Assembly: GCF_016433145.1 (NCBI RefSeq)
Contig: NC_058130.1
Span: 5,584,373-5,644,051 of the forward strand
Direction of reading: 5' to 3'
Length of the DNA stretch: 59,679 nt
From: Gracilinanus agilis
Lineage: Eukaryota
Positions 23,631 to 36,541 of the stretch are shown here, piece by piece. The notes under the pieces are model-generated. The model was given only the letters and a program-made list of their open reading frames with translations, had not been told where the DNA came from and searched no databases. The number at the start of each line of letters is the position of its first letter. Position 1 is the first letter of the stretch. Made by a program: the position numbers and the translations under genes.

Positions 23631-24975
23631 CAGAGGCTGGACACTCAGTTTAACATTGGAAATAACACAAAGAATGACCCAAGCACAATCCTTATATCCA
23701 AGGGGCTCGCGGTCTTGGGGCAGAGACAACATGAAGCCAACTAGGAATCTGGAGGATGGCCACACTGTAAATGGAAAGTAATCTTCGATGGGGAATCTCT
23801 AGTAGCTGGTGGGGTGGGCAGCGGAGCAGCGGAGCAGCAGGGTCACGTCCTTCTGTGTTCCTCGACGTGTGCTTTTGTCATCATCTTTAAAGGGAAAAAT
23901 CAGGACCCGACCTCGGCTCAGGTGGGAAGAAGCCTTAGAAAAGTCCTGCCATCTTGTCTCTCTTTTTGTGCCTGGTTAGTGAGCCTGGAGTCTGGCTCAG
24001 TTTCTGCCTGGAGCACGTATGGGGCCGTCTGCCACGGAAAACACACTATTTTGCCCCCCCCCCCCGCCCCGAACAGGAGTAGGGAATCTGATTGCACACA
24101 AACATCCCGGCCCACTGGGAATGGAAATCTGACCAGCTCATGGAGAGGGGCAATCAAGGCCTGCACTACCTGTGAGAGCCAGAGCAGCAGGCGAATGGGG
24201 CAGAGAGCAGCACAGCCCCCGCTGGCAGAACAAAACAGACCTCTTGCTTTTGAGATCCCCCTTTCCGTGAAAGCAGATTATGTTCACGGGGCGAGCTAGC
24301 TCTTATTCCATCAAGGGAAGTCCAACCAGTCTGGGGCCCCTTGGAAGTGGGAAGCCAGCGAGCCCTGAGTAACAGCCCATCAGGGACCAAGACCCTGAAA
24401 TCAAGCCTCCAAGAGGCACTCCAGACCTCACCCGAGCCCATCAGAGCCAGAGAGCTGGCACGGCCAACATTCACTTTCGACAGAGTCCAAAGGAACAAGG
24501 AGCCCATGTCACTGTTTCTGGTCCTTTGTTCCTGGCTTTTTGTTAAGGAAAAACATTTCCCCGGAGCCCCAGGGTGGTGGTGGTCAGGGGAGAGCAGTAG
24601 TTTTCACATCTGGTGCAGAGTACCCAAGAGAAGAAGCTGACTGCATCCTGCAGAAGAAACTCTAACAGAACCCCGAAGCACCTTTGCTGTCCCTCAGCCA
24701 ATAGATTGTTGGGTATAATCTATTCCTGCAGGTGGGCACCTTCAGAGCTGCCCAAAGCAGGGGAGTCACATTAAGTCATAGACGAGGGTCCAGGGACCTC
24801 TGGATGACACCCACGCTTTATCTACTGTTACTCAGGGGTGGGAGAGGGGAACCAAGCATGAAGATAATAGAGGTGTTAAGTTCAACGTATCTTGGTTACT
24901 TGCTCTCACCTGGCTCAGGGGACCGTCCCTTGGAATCCCCTTGGTGTTGGGCTGGACCCCTTTCCCATTAGGGCA

Positions 24976-25192
24976 TTTTTTATTTTTTTAATTATTTTTT
25001 TATTTTTATGTTTTTAAACCCTTAACTTCTGTGTATTGTCTCATAGGTGGAAGACTGGTAAGGGTGGGCAATGGGGGTCAAGTGACTTGCCCAGGGTCAC
25101 ACAGATGGGAAGTGTCTGAGGCCACATTTGAACCCAGGACCTCCCGTCTCTAGGCCTGGTTCTCAATCCACTGAGCTACCCAGCTGCCCCCT
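24976..25192 (-). mobile_element. Opossum SINE1
   Basis: 14-bp TSD cattagggcatttt at 24966-24979 and 25193-25206. Confidence 0.95.
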
Positions 25193-25309
25193 CATTAGGG
25201 CATTTTGAAAGAGCTCTCTTCTTTTCCAATAGATCTGTACCTTTGCCCTTCAGCTTTACTCTCTGCCCCGGAGAATCAGTGAGCTTTGGAAATGGAAAGG
25301 AATTGAGAG

Positions 25310-26985
25310 GGAAGGAAAATGTCAAGAACATCAAAAGAATTAATTAAAAAAATGTAAAGGAAGGAGGACTGGCAGGACTAGATTCGAAACTGTATTGTAA
25401 AGCAGTAATTATCAAAATTAGCCGGTTCTTCCTAAGAAATAGAAAGATCAGTGGAATGGAACAGACATTCATCAGCAGGAATAAACGATTACAGTAGCCT
25501 TGTAATTCACAAAAGTAAATATCCATGTTTGGGGGATAAGAATTCACTATTTGGAAAAAACGATTAGGAAAACTGGAAAGCAATTTGATAGATTAGGTGT
25601 AGAACGATATCTTACACCATTTAACCAAGAGAAGATCAAAACGGATATGTGACTCACACATAAAGATATTAAAAGCAAATTAGATACATCCTAAGCAAAG
25701 TTAGACATATGGGGAACAGATTACCTATGAGATTTATAGGAGAGGAATTGATGAATAAAGAGAAGGAGAAGAACCTTGTGAGATATAAAGTGGATAATTT
25801 GGATCACATTAATTTTTTTAAATGTACACATACAAAGAATGTAGCCAAGATTAGAAGGAAAGCAAACCATTGGAGAAAATTTTTATAGCCAGTTTCTCAG
25901 AGAGATCTCTCATCTCAAATATATAGCGAACTCTGTCAAATTTAGAAGCATAAGAGCCATCTCCCATTTGATAAATGGGCAAAAGATAGGAACAGACAGT
26001 TTTTGGATAAAGAAGTCAAAGCCACATAGAGTTATATTAAAAAATTCTCTAAATCTTTGCTGATCAGAGAAATACAAATAAAAGCAATGCTGATGTATCA
26101 TCCCACACCTCTTAGATTGGCTAAAATGATAAAAAAGGCAAAATGACATATTGGAGAAGATGTGGGAAAATGGGGACACTAATACACTGTCGGTGAAACT
26201 GTAACTTTCTCTAACCATTTTAGAGAGCAATTTGGAATTATGCCCAGAGAGTTATAAAACTTTGTCTATATCCTTAGACCCAGAAATACCACTGGAGGGG
26301 CTGTTTCCTAAGATGATATGGGGGGAAAGGAAAAGATCCCACCCATTCTAAAATATTGGTAACAGCTCTCTTTGTGGTGACAAGGAACTGGAAATTGAAG
26401 GGATGCCCATAAACTGGGAAATGATTGAAAGAATTGTGGCATATGATTATAATGGAATACTACCATTCCATAAGAAATGATGAGCAAAGTAATTAAAAAA
26501 TGAAAGACCTGGGGGCAGCTGGGCAGCTCAGTGGATTGAGAGTCAGGCCTAGAGACGGGAGATCCTAGGTTCAAATCTGGCCTCAGACACTTCCCAGCTG
26601 TGTGACCTTGGGCAAGTCACTTGACCCCCATGGCCCACTCTTCCACGAAGGAGCCAATACACAGAAGTTAAGAGTTTAAAAAAAAAAAGAAAGACCTACG
26701 TGAAATAATGAAAAGTGGAAGTATAACCAAGGGAATATTGTATACAGCTACAGAGATAATGTCTTAAGAATAACTTATGAATGTCCAGCTCCAGAGAAAG
26801 AACTGGTAAATAGAAACATGAAGGACAGAGCTTATATATCTATATACCCATGTATTTTTTGGGGGAGGGGGGCAGATGATACCTTATCTAGTACAGGGAG
26901 GAGAGAGAAGGAGGAGAGTGATATCTGGACATTTTAATGTAACCAACAAGCAAATACATTAGCAAAAAAAAAAAAAAAAAAGGAA
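25310..26985 (+). mobile_element. 5'-truncated, decayed marsupial L1 (ORF2 C-terminus, 3' UTR, A-tail)
   Basis: Remnant ORF2 motifs (KEGGLA.LD.KLYCKAVIIK near 25360; cysteine-rich GCGK..TL.HC region near 26150-26200) with frameshifts and stops. Poly(A) at about 26963-26981. Confidence 0.9.
26511..26688 (+). mobile_element. Opossum SINE1 inserted in the L1
   Basis: TSD gaaagacct at 26502-26510 and 26689-26697. Confidence 0.95.
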
Positions 26986-27093
26986 AGGAAAGTGTCAGAA
27001 TTCATAGACTAGAGATGACCAGTCCAGGCTCATACCATTCATAGCAAATAAAAACTAGAATTCTATTCCTCTTCATGAGGCCTTAACTGGACT

Positions 27094-27094
<1 letters not shown>

Positions 27095-27150
<56 letters not shown>
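27095..27150. repeat. (CT)n microsatellite
   Basis: Directly visible. Confidence 0.98.
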
Positions 27151-27154
<4 letters not shown>

Positions 27155-27619
27155 ATATAAGTACCTTATATCGACTTGTATCTGTACCCTAGTTGGGGAT
27201 GGGTTATAGCTACTCTGATTGACAATAAGCCTTACCTCTCTCTGCTACTGGCTCATTTTCTTAGTTATTCTCTGTCAGTTCTAAGGAAATCAAATTCTAT
27301 GACTTCATAAACCCACATTAATTAATTAATTGATTGATTTGTTGAGCCTCCGCCCCATTTTAGAGGTCAAGCAGAGAAGCCTCTTTTCCCACACAGAGGC
27401 TTTTTACACTTCTTTCTTAATCGGAAATTTCCCAGAATCATGTGCTTCAAGACAATCGCTATTCTCGCTTAAGCAGTTTATTACAGGAGCAAATAGGAAT
27501 ACCGAGACATAAATATTTACGATGCATCTGCAGTGGGCAAAGTTGGCCGCCAGATTCAGCTCCGTGCTCTTCTAAAGCAGGGAAGAGAGATATGGAATGG
27601 AATATACTCAGCAGGGCTG

Positions 27620-27871
27620 TCACTGACAGTGGCTTAACTGTGATTCCTTGAAACGTTCTAGCAGGTATTAAAGAGATGGTTTGTGAACACCTACGAAAAG
27701 GAGCAATGATCCCAGCATGACTCCATTAAGAACAGATTATTCCATATTAAAGTTAATGCCTTTTTTGACAGGGTTATTAGGTTGAAAAGTCAGGTGCTGT
27801 GGAAATTGTTTACCTACATTTCAGCGAGTATCTGACAGAGTCTCTCTGGAGAGAGAGATGGAGAGATGTAG

Positions 27872-27921
<50 letters not shown>

Positions 27922-29050
27922 AGATAATAGCGCAATTATGATTTGTAACTGGTTGGATGGCCAGATCCAAGGAATGATTGCTAATGGTTCTATGTTTCCT
28001 TGGAAAGAAATCTCCCAAAGAGTGGCTCAGGGATCTGTGCTTTTGGTCTTGTGCTTTTAACATTTTCTGTCATTGATCTGGGCCAAGTAAGCAACGATAT
28101 GCTTAACAGATTTGCAGATGGCACAGTAACTAATGGAAATAACTTCCATATTAGATAAAACAATCAGAAGTTTAAAAAAAAAAAAGATTTTGTTAGGTTG
28201 GGACATTGGGCCAAATCTAGTAAGACAAGATTTCATGGAGATAAATGTAAACTCACACACAGGGCCAAAAACCAATCAGCTTCATAATTATATGGTACAA
28301 AAAAATCAAGTTTGAAAAATATCTGAGGGTTTCTGTGGACTGAAAATTGAGTAGGCAGTGTGATGTGGTAGCCAGCAAGTCTATTGCAATTTTAAGCTCT
28401 CATTTCCTATTTATTCTGAATATAGCTTGCTTTCTGTATATTTTTTCCTCTACATATGTTCTCTCCCTCATTAGACTGCAAGCTCCTTGAGGGCAGGGAT
28501 GGCCTTTTGCCTCTTTTTGTATATCAGCACTTTATGTATATTGGCACTCAACAATGTTTATTGATTGATTGATTACATTAAGAGAAGCATGTTGTCAACA
28601 AACAAGGAGGTGATCATTTCATTGGAGTCTGGACTGATTGGGCCACATTTTGGAGGGTTATTGGCCATTACTGGATGCTCTCTGTTAGGAAGGGTGGGCG
28701 TAACATCGAGAGTATTTGGATGCAGCCAGATAGAATGAAGAAAGGGCTTGGGCTTATGCCAAAGAAAGATTAGACTCATTCTGTTGGCCCCAAAAGGAAG
28801 TGGTAAAGAAGCAGATTTAGATTTGAGGTCAGCAAAAGCTTCCTATTCGTCATGGCAGTCGATTCCCATAATAGGATGCCTGGGGAAGTAATAGGTCCTC
28901 TCTCATGGTCTTAAGGGAAAGGTTGCGTGACCACTTGCCAAATACATCTTTTGGAGAAGGCTTTTTTAGACATTGGTTGGTCTAGATGGTCATTAGGGTG
29001 AGTTTCTTTCAGTTCTGAAATTCTGCGACTGCTAGTTTTCCCTTGGTGTG
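27620..29050 (+). mobile_element. L3/CR1 ORF2 (reverse transcriptase) to 3' end, decayed, with an internal (TG)n at 27874-27919 and an L2 tail insert at about 28390-28575
   Basis: Remnants of KEMVCEHL, QGSVL and DLQMA (FADD region) motifs, and a 3' terminus ggttggtctagatgg...cagttctgaaattctg. Confidence 0.85.
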
Positions 29051-30312
29051 GGTCTGCCCTCCCTCTCTTTTCCCCAAAGAAGCCTTGGGCAGAAATCATT
29101 TGTCCATTAGACAATCTCAGCGCTAAGTCAACTAGGAAATCTCCCAATAACCCACGGCCTGCGCTCCAGTCTCACCTTTCTATTGAATCACTATCTAAAA
29201 ACCTTTAGTCCTTCCACATTCTTGGAAGAGAAAAGAAGGCTTCTGCAAACCCTCTCCTAGACTTACTCATCACCCAGAAAAAGAATAATTCGGACAGACT
29301 CTGAGCGCACCAGCCAAGCTCCCGAGAGATTCTTTTCTTTACATGTATTAAGCAGAATCGACCTAATTCAATTCCAAATAGGCACTGGCTAATTTTCACT
29401 GGCTTCCATCTTTGTAGAATCAAAAGCTGTCCTGAGTTACCTGCACAGTTCGAATTACAGATAGGACAGGTCGTCCTGGTCCTTCTATTATCAGTGCAGA
29501 GTTTGGGGACTCTTAGACTCCTCTTTGGCGTCCCCCATCTAACAAATCATTTTCTCTTTGCTGCATGGTCTCGAGCCTCTTCCTCCCTCTTTCTCTGCTT
29601 AGATGATCAGCGTCTGACTGCAGGAAAGGCCATGTGAAACAGTACAAAGAGGCTTCCTCCCATCCTTTGAACATTGCTAGAAGACTAGACCAGCTTGCTG
29701 AGGCAAGTCGCAGGAACTGTCCCTCTTAGAAAAGCATCTCAGGGGCTTTCAGGCCAGCCTGAATTAGATGGTTTTTGGAGGGCCACTCAATTGTCCTCCA
29801 GACCCGAAAGCACTGGGAGGAAAGTAATCCTCCCATTATCCTGAGGACTGGTCAGCTGCTTACCCAGGATCCCGTGTCCCCATCTGAGGGCTCGGCAGCA
29901 CGCAATTCAGAGGAGAGTCAAAAATATGATTAAAGGGCTTGGAAACAATATCCTGGGATTAAGCTGAAAACTGGCTTAAGCAATAGCAGCAGGGCTTTCA
30001 GGTATCCATAAGTAAGAGTTACCTGAGCATTCTGACAGCGAGAAGGTGAAATGGCTGGCAATGGTAAGAAGTGTGGGGTGGAGAGGGGGATGTTTTCAGG
30101 AGCCCCCTAACAGCTCCATAGATAGAAGATCCCAGGATGCCAGAGGGGGAGCTAAAAAGAAAGGCAACGTAGTTTAATCTTGTCATTGTACAGATCAGGA
30201 AACTGAGGCCCAGGGAGAGGAAATGATTTGTTTGTGGTCACAAAATAGTAAATGCCTGAGATGAGCTACAAATGTAAGTCTTCTGTTTTTTTTTTTTCAC
30301 ATGCTTTAATCT

Positions 30313-30410
30313 TTTTTAAAAATTTTTTAACATTTATTAATATTTATTTTTTAGAAAAGTTAACATGGTTACATGATTTATGCTCTTACTTTCCCCTTCA
30401 CCCCAAGTCC
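30313..30410 (-). mobile_element. Very short L1 3' terminal fragment
   Basis: ttttaacatttattaatatttattttttagaaaagttaacatggttacatgatt resembles an opossum L1 3' end. Confidence 0.7.
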
Positions 30411-31539
30411 TCTGTTTTGAAGAGGAATCATTGCTATGTTCTTGTGACTTTTTTTTTCTGCCTCAATTATCCCCTCTATAAGATTGATTCAATAGAATTC
30501 GCAGGCTAGTTATGTTTGTCCCATGCATTTCCCTTGTGTTGACCATGTTCTCTTGTTCTTGATTTTCCCGACTCTATTCTTCCCTCTGGTGAGTTCTATA
30601 GAAACATCGGTTTTAGGGAAAATCAACAAACACACATGACTGGGGGTGCATAAGTAGTGGTGGTGGGGACTTCTTTTGGGGAATACTCACCAATTCTAAG
30701 TAAAACAGGCCAACTGGAAGTCATAGGAAGGGGGCCTATTCCACTTTTCTTTAGGCCCCATGCCTGCTTCTCATTAGCCCCAGACTAGTTTATTTTAGGT
30801 CCTGAGCTCCTGGGCCATGGCTAAAGTGAGTGACCTCCTGAGGTCACTTTAAGCCCCATGAGTCTAGGGCTAGTTCCTGTGGCTTGTTTTAGGACTGGGA
30901 AAGTGGCTGCTCCAAGACCTTTGCCCTTCCCTCTCCACTGGGTATGGAGCCCTGCTATTGCTCTGCTATTAAGACATTTAATCTCCCCTTTGAAAAAAAT
31001 ATATAATTAGGAGCAGCTCAGTATGTGGACAGACTGACCGGAGGTTTCCCAAGGATGAACCGTCTCTGTTCTCTAGTGAGCTCGTGGCTCAACTCAGTTT
31101 CATTCACCTCCTCCCTGGGAGAACACATGGGATTAGAACAAGAGGCTGGGCCTTCCAGAGGAATCCTCCTGTGTCCCTTAGACACAAGTGCCTGCCTTAG
31201 ATCTTACGTAACCTGCCCTTTGGGGAAGGAAAATCCCAATCAGATGGTGGCTTGTTTTCTTAAGTGGTTTCAGTGCCTTTTGTTTTCCTGTGATCACAGC
31301 AATTTCTAGATCTCGACCCCTTCCCACTCCCTCCAAAAATATGTCACAAAGAAAATAGTGAAAGAAAACCAACTGGTAGAGTGGTTACATACACTTCTGA
31401 TGGTGTATGTAACACTCTGCCCCTGGAGCACCCCACCTATCGTTCCATCTTTTTTTTTTTTTTTTCTGGAATCTTGGCTAGACCTGGCTTACCATGTGAC
31501 ATTCCTTAAGACTTTTCATCTAGATTTTAACCATTTTAC

Positions 31540-32190
31540 AGAGTGTTCTTTGAGGTCCTCTTACTATAATATTCCATGAATTCATATACCACAAATAGTT
31601 TGTCCATTGCTGTTTGATTGGGACCCATTTTATTTCTAGGTTATTGCTCCAATGAAAGTGTTCCTATGACTATTTTGATATATACTAGACTTCTTCCTCT
31701 CTTCTCATCCCTGTCTTTACATTCCTTGAGGGAATTGCCCAGTCACCAGTGTAAAACATATGAACGATTTAGTGATTTACCTCATGTAATCCCAAACTGA
31801 CTTCCAAAAGAGCTTTAAAAATTCAGAGTTTCCCAGCTGAGCATTAGTGGACTGCCTTTACACATTTCTTCCTATAGTTTGCCATCTCTACTATTTCAAC
31901 TTGTGATGAGAAACATGGTGGACTTAAAATGATTTGGGGTAACCTTGCTGACAGTTGTTGGTAGTTGGCAATTCTTTTGAAAACTGTTCCTATCCTTTGA
32001 TAATTTAACTATTGGGGAATGGCTTTTGGCATCGTGTAGTTGGATCAATATATCTTGGATATTAGGCTTTATTTAGAGATATTTGGTGGGAAGAGTTTTC
32101 CCTTTCACTGTTTTTCTTTTTATTCTAGATGCATTGCTTTTGTTTGTGCAGAAAAATGTTTCAATTGTCTACAGTGCTGAATTTTTATCT
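31540..32190 (-). mobile_element. Old L1 ORF2 remnant
   Basis: T-rich antisense L1-like text (tccttgagggaattgcc, accagtgtaaaac, tttgtttgtgcagaaaaatgtttcaatt). Confidence 0.6.
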
Positions 32191-35100
32191 TGCTTGATAT
32201 AATCTTCTTTTGTCATACACTGGGAGATCAATCTGTCTGTAGCAGGGAGTTTTTTGCAGGGGAATTATTAGTGAACATAACTGAGTTCTCCAACAGAAGT
32301 AGAAAAGATAGCACTGTGAGCAGAGTGTTGAATTGGTGTCAGAAAAGCCTTTGGCCAGATTCTTCCTCTCTGCCAACTCTATAGCTTTGGGTAAATTGGT
32401 CATCTGTTTGTTTACCTTAAGCAAATCTTTGGGACTAAATAACCAAATAAAGAGGTTGCAGTCTGCACTGGTGGGTGAAATTCCCACACTGGGGGTTACT
32501 AGAGCTGCCAAAATCACTGATCCTTTCTGAAGTCAGGAATTTGTACCACTGGCAGGTGGACACATCATCAGTTCCTCATCTGTCCTTCTCTGGCCCTTGA
32601 GAAGACCAATGGAAGTTTATCACAACATCAGGACAGACCCTAGTTCTTTAGGGGGCACTGTGGGAGCTTAGCTTCACCTTCCTTCACCCACTGATGAACA
32701 GAAAGCCCAGAGCTTCAGCATCCTTGAGTGAAATGTGAATAACCCCTTCAGATTCTTGGGAGTAGAGAAAAATGAGGTTTTCGAGAAACAAATCAGCCCG
32801 GGGGCTCCAGCCACTATATTGTCTCCATCTCCCTCCCAGCTCTGGGGCTGAGGTGAGACTCCAGTGTTAAGCAGGCACCTGACAAAAGCCTCGCCTAACC
32901 TGTTTCAAGTCTATATAAATTGAACCTTTAACCTGCTGCCTGGGAAAGTGAATGCCAGGGGATGGCTTTTTGTAACAACACTTTTTTTGTATTGTTCCAT
33001 TAAAATGTAGATTTCATAAAGCCTTTCTGGGGAGGTACATCTCCTGCAATGAAAAGTTAATCAGGGTTCCTTTGTAGGGCCTTGGCACGGAGATAAAATA
33101 TTTAGCAGCGACAGTGGTATGTTGGGCCCCCCCATTTCCCGGATGCTGTTCTGTGGCACTGGAGAGAATGTTTAGTTAATATTAGAAGGGCTGATCTCTA
33201 TTCTCCATCACAGATAACTGGCCTTGGATACTTAGCCGGCAGCCTGCTCAGAGAGCGAGACTGGCAGGGCATCATCTTCTCCGCAATGGGAAGACTTCTC
33301 GTGGCAAAGGGAAAGAGATACCTTTCGTTGTAGCCACTTGAGCGAAGGTGATTTTTTCTTTGATTATTTCTGGAGCCGTGGCAGGGAGTCCCTTGGTCAG
33401 CCTCCTTTTTGTGTATTCTCCGTGTGGCATCTGAGTTACTGGTTGTCATCCTCTGACCATTGAGTTCTTTCTTACTAAACCATTTTATCCTTTGGAGATT
33501 CTCTGATTCTTCATCGATGCCCTTCTGTGAAATACAGATGCAACAAGGGACCCAAATGACCAGTCAGAATAGGGATGTGGCCTCGCAGCCCCAGGTGACA
33601 GGCCCTCTTGGGTGCAGACACTTTATGAGTGGACTTTGTAGGTCACCCATGAACCTGTGAGCCCAATGTTTGGTTGCTTCTAGCAGCCCCGAGAGAGCTG
33701 TGGTCTCAGGCAATTGTAGTCCTCTCTGAAGCCTCCTTTCAAGTCTAGGTGCACCCTGGCTTCAGTTTGTGTAGCCTTTGACAGGACGATCAATCAATTC
33801 ACATTTTAAAGTGCCCACTGTGTGCCAGACACTGTGCTGAACACCATTCTGTCTTTCACAAGTCTGTCTGAGGCCCCTTTGATTTTGTTCCCATGTTCTG
33901 TTTTTCTCTCTCTTTAAAACGAGTTTCTGTGGTCTAAGACTGACTTTTCGGTGACAGGATTGTTAACCATTTGTAACTTTGATATCAGAGGCTTCAGGTG
34001 ACACAAGGGACTCGAGTGGTCTTTGGTCAATGTCTACACACACTGGCTTATGCCCTCCCTCATGCCAGAACAATCTAGCATTTTCCCATCTTGTACTACT
34101 CCATGTGATAGTCACCAGCTTCTCTCATAAGCACCCAGGTTCAAGAGATTGCAAGCATGAACAGGTTTACTTAGTAGTCATAGACCAGAAAGAAGACTTC
34201 TCTTAGATCCCATAGGAAATAGCAATCATCCATCAGCAGGCCTCCCGGAGGCTGTCTGTCTCAGTCCAGGACCATGTGGTTCTCTATAGGGCTCCATTAG
34301 GAGGTTCCTGAGCTCACCTCCCACTTTGGAATGTCTCCTTCACAAGTCCTCTCGCAACATGATGCCATTATTTTGCTAAAAGCTTACGCTTTCTTTGCTT
34401 CTCAGCTTCCAGTGGATGCTGTCAGTCTTCCCACCATTACTTCCCCTTATGGTCCTTCCCACTACCCCAAGTGGCTGTCTTTTAGCCCTCTATAGCTCCC
34501 AGCTGCTAATGCCGAATAGTGGTTTCTTCTACTGTTCTGTATGAGGTTGGGTGCTGCCTGCCAGTCTACTTGTAGCTCTTCTCAGCTTTTGGCAGATGTC
34601 CTCCTGACAGCAGGTCTCTGACATGGTCACGTTAGAGTCCCTGTCCTAGCAGGCAGGACATGCCGAGATCTCCGAATACAATCAAAGACCAGAGTGTCTC
34701 CGCATCGAGCTATTTGTCTCGTCCTATGTCCTTATGATAAATGGTCCCAGGAGAGCACTCCTGCAAGTTCTCTCCTCTATTTTTCCTGGTCTTGTCCCCT
34801 CCTCCCTCCTCCCTCCTCTGGGAGACCTCAGTATTCAGTCATCTCCATCTCTATGTGCCAGCCACAACTGGTTCTGAGCTCCAGGGCTTCAGGTAGGAGA
34901 CAAGGCTGATGCCGTGGTTTCTCGGTTACCACCTCTAGAGTCTTAGAGCCTTAGACCCATGAAGAGCCCATTTGCCATCTTGGAGGCCCAACTCCTTTTT
35001 TCCCTTCTGTTCACGGTGGAGGCTTCCAGGCTGTAGAGAAGCTTCTAGGTCAGGTCCCAGTCAGTCACTGGGACCTACTGAGTCAGTACCCAGAACCCAG

Positions 35101-36288
35101 CAGGCGTATACATATGAGCAGGAAAGAAATGGCGGCAGCTCTTGGTACGGGATGAAAGTCGTGACACTTTTGTTTTCCTTCGAATGAGTTTCTTGTTGAT
35201 CTAAAGGCAGCCCCGTGGTGGACAACCCCCAGAGGAGGGCCAGGGGCCTGTGATGTAGCCCATGCCTTCCTTTCCTTGTCTGCAATGTTTATTTGACTTC
35301 TCGAGTCGAAAGTCGTTACTCCGCCTCTGTGACCTTCCGCTGGCAATTTCTCTAGAGTATCCATTTACTTTATTTAGAAACATAATATTGGAAGAACTGG
35401 AACAGAGTCAAAAATCATTGCTTCTCCTTTTTTCTTTTTCTTTCTTTCTTTTTTTTTTTTTTTTTTGATGTGGCATTTTTCCTTTTGAAACCTTAAACTC
35501 TCTGCTACACACACATGAAAGCCGGGCTTCCCTTGCTCTCTCCATCAACAAGGACTTAAGGGAATGTCTGCTTGGGGCCTCTTCTTGTGATCTGGGGGTG
35601 GCAGGAGCCACGTGAGGCATGCATGGTCTCTTCAGTGTGGAGCTGACTGTCTGCTAGGGGAGACAAGACATAAACACATGAAACAAAGCCCCACTGAGAC
35701 ACCGTATGGACAGACTGGATGGAGGTCGGGGAGGGAGGGAGAGGGGGAGGAACAACTTACTCCAGAAGGAAGAACTCAAAGGGCTGGTTCAGAATCGGGG
35801 TCAGGGAAGAGAAGGGCACCAAGAAGGAACAGAGCCTCCCTCTACTGAGTCCCAGGGCTCCCTTCTCCCAGGCAGCCGGGCTGCTAAACCAGGAGCTGGT
35901 CATCCTTGGGGCTGCCCTCAGTCCTAAGTCTGTGCTCCTGGGATCCTGGGACCCTTCCCATTGCCAGCAAACCAGGTGTCCAGTCCTAACATTTCTGCTT
36001 CCCTTATGTGGCCCTCCCTCTTGGCTCCCTCAGGAGTTGCCCGGGTTCAGGACCTCTCATCTTTTCTTGCCTAGACGATCAGAACAACCTCTTTCCTTGT
36101 CCTCCTGCTTCCAGTCTTTCCCCAGTTCATCCTTTGAAGTGATGGATAGGATTATCGATAGTGCTGGAATGCTCTCAAAGGTAACCTAGTTAAACCTTCC
36201 TCATTCTGTAAGTGAATAAACGGAGGGGAAAGTGACTTGATTAAGGTCACACAAGTAGCAATTGGTCTTTCTGGTTGACTCGATGATC

Positions 36289-36541
36289 GTTTTTTGTTGT
36301 TGTGGAGCTATTTACAGTTGTGTCTGACTCTTTTTGACCCCTTTTTTGGGATTTTCTTGGCAAAGATACCAGTGTTGTTTGCCATTTCCTTCTCTAGTTC
36401 ATTTTATAGATGAGGAATTAAGGCAAAAAAAGTTAAGTGACTTGATCAAGTTTACCTAGCTAGAAAGTGAAAGTCAGATTTGAACTCAGGTTTTTCGGAC
36501 TCCAGGCTCAGTACTCTTTTCACTGTACCACCTAGTTACCC
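36289..36541 (-). mobile_element. MAR1-type SINE
   Basis: (GTT)n tail, ttttcttggcaaagatacc...tttgccatttccttctctag, then CORE and head. Confidence 0.88.
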
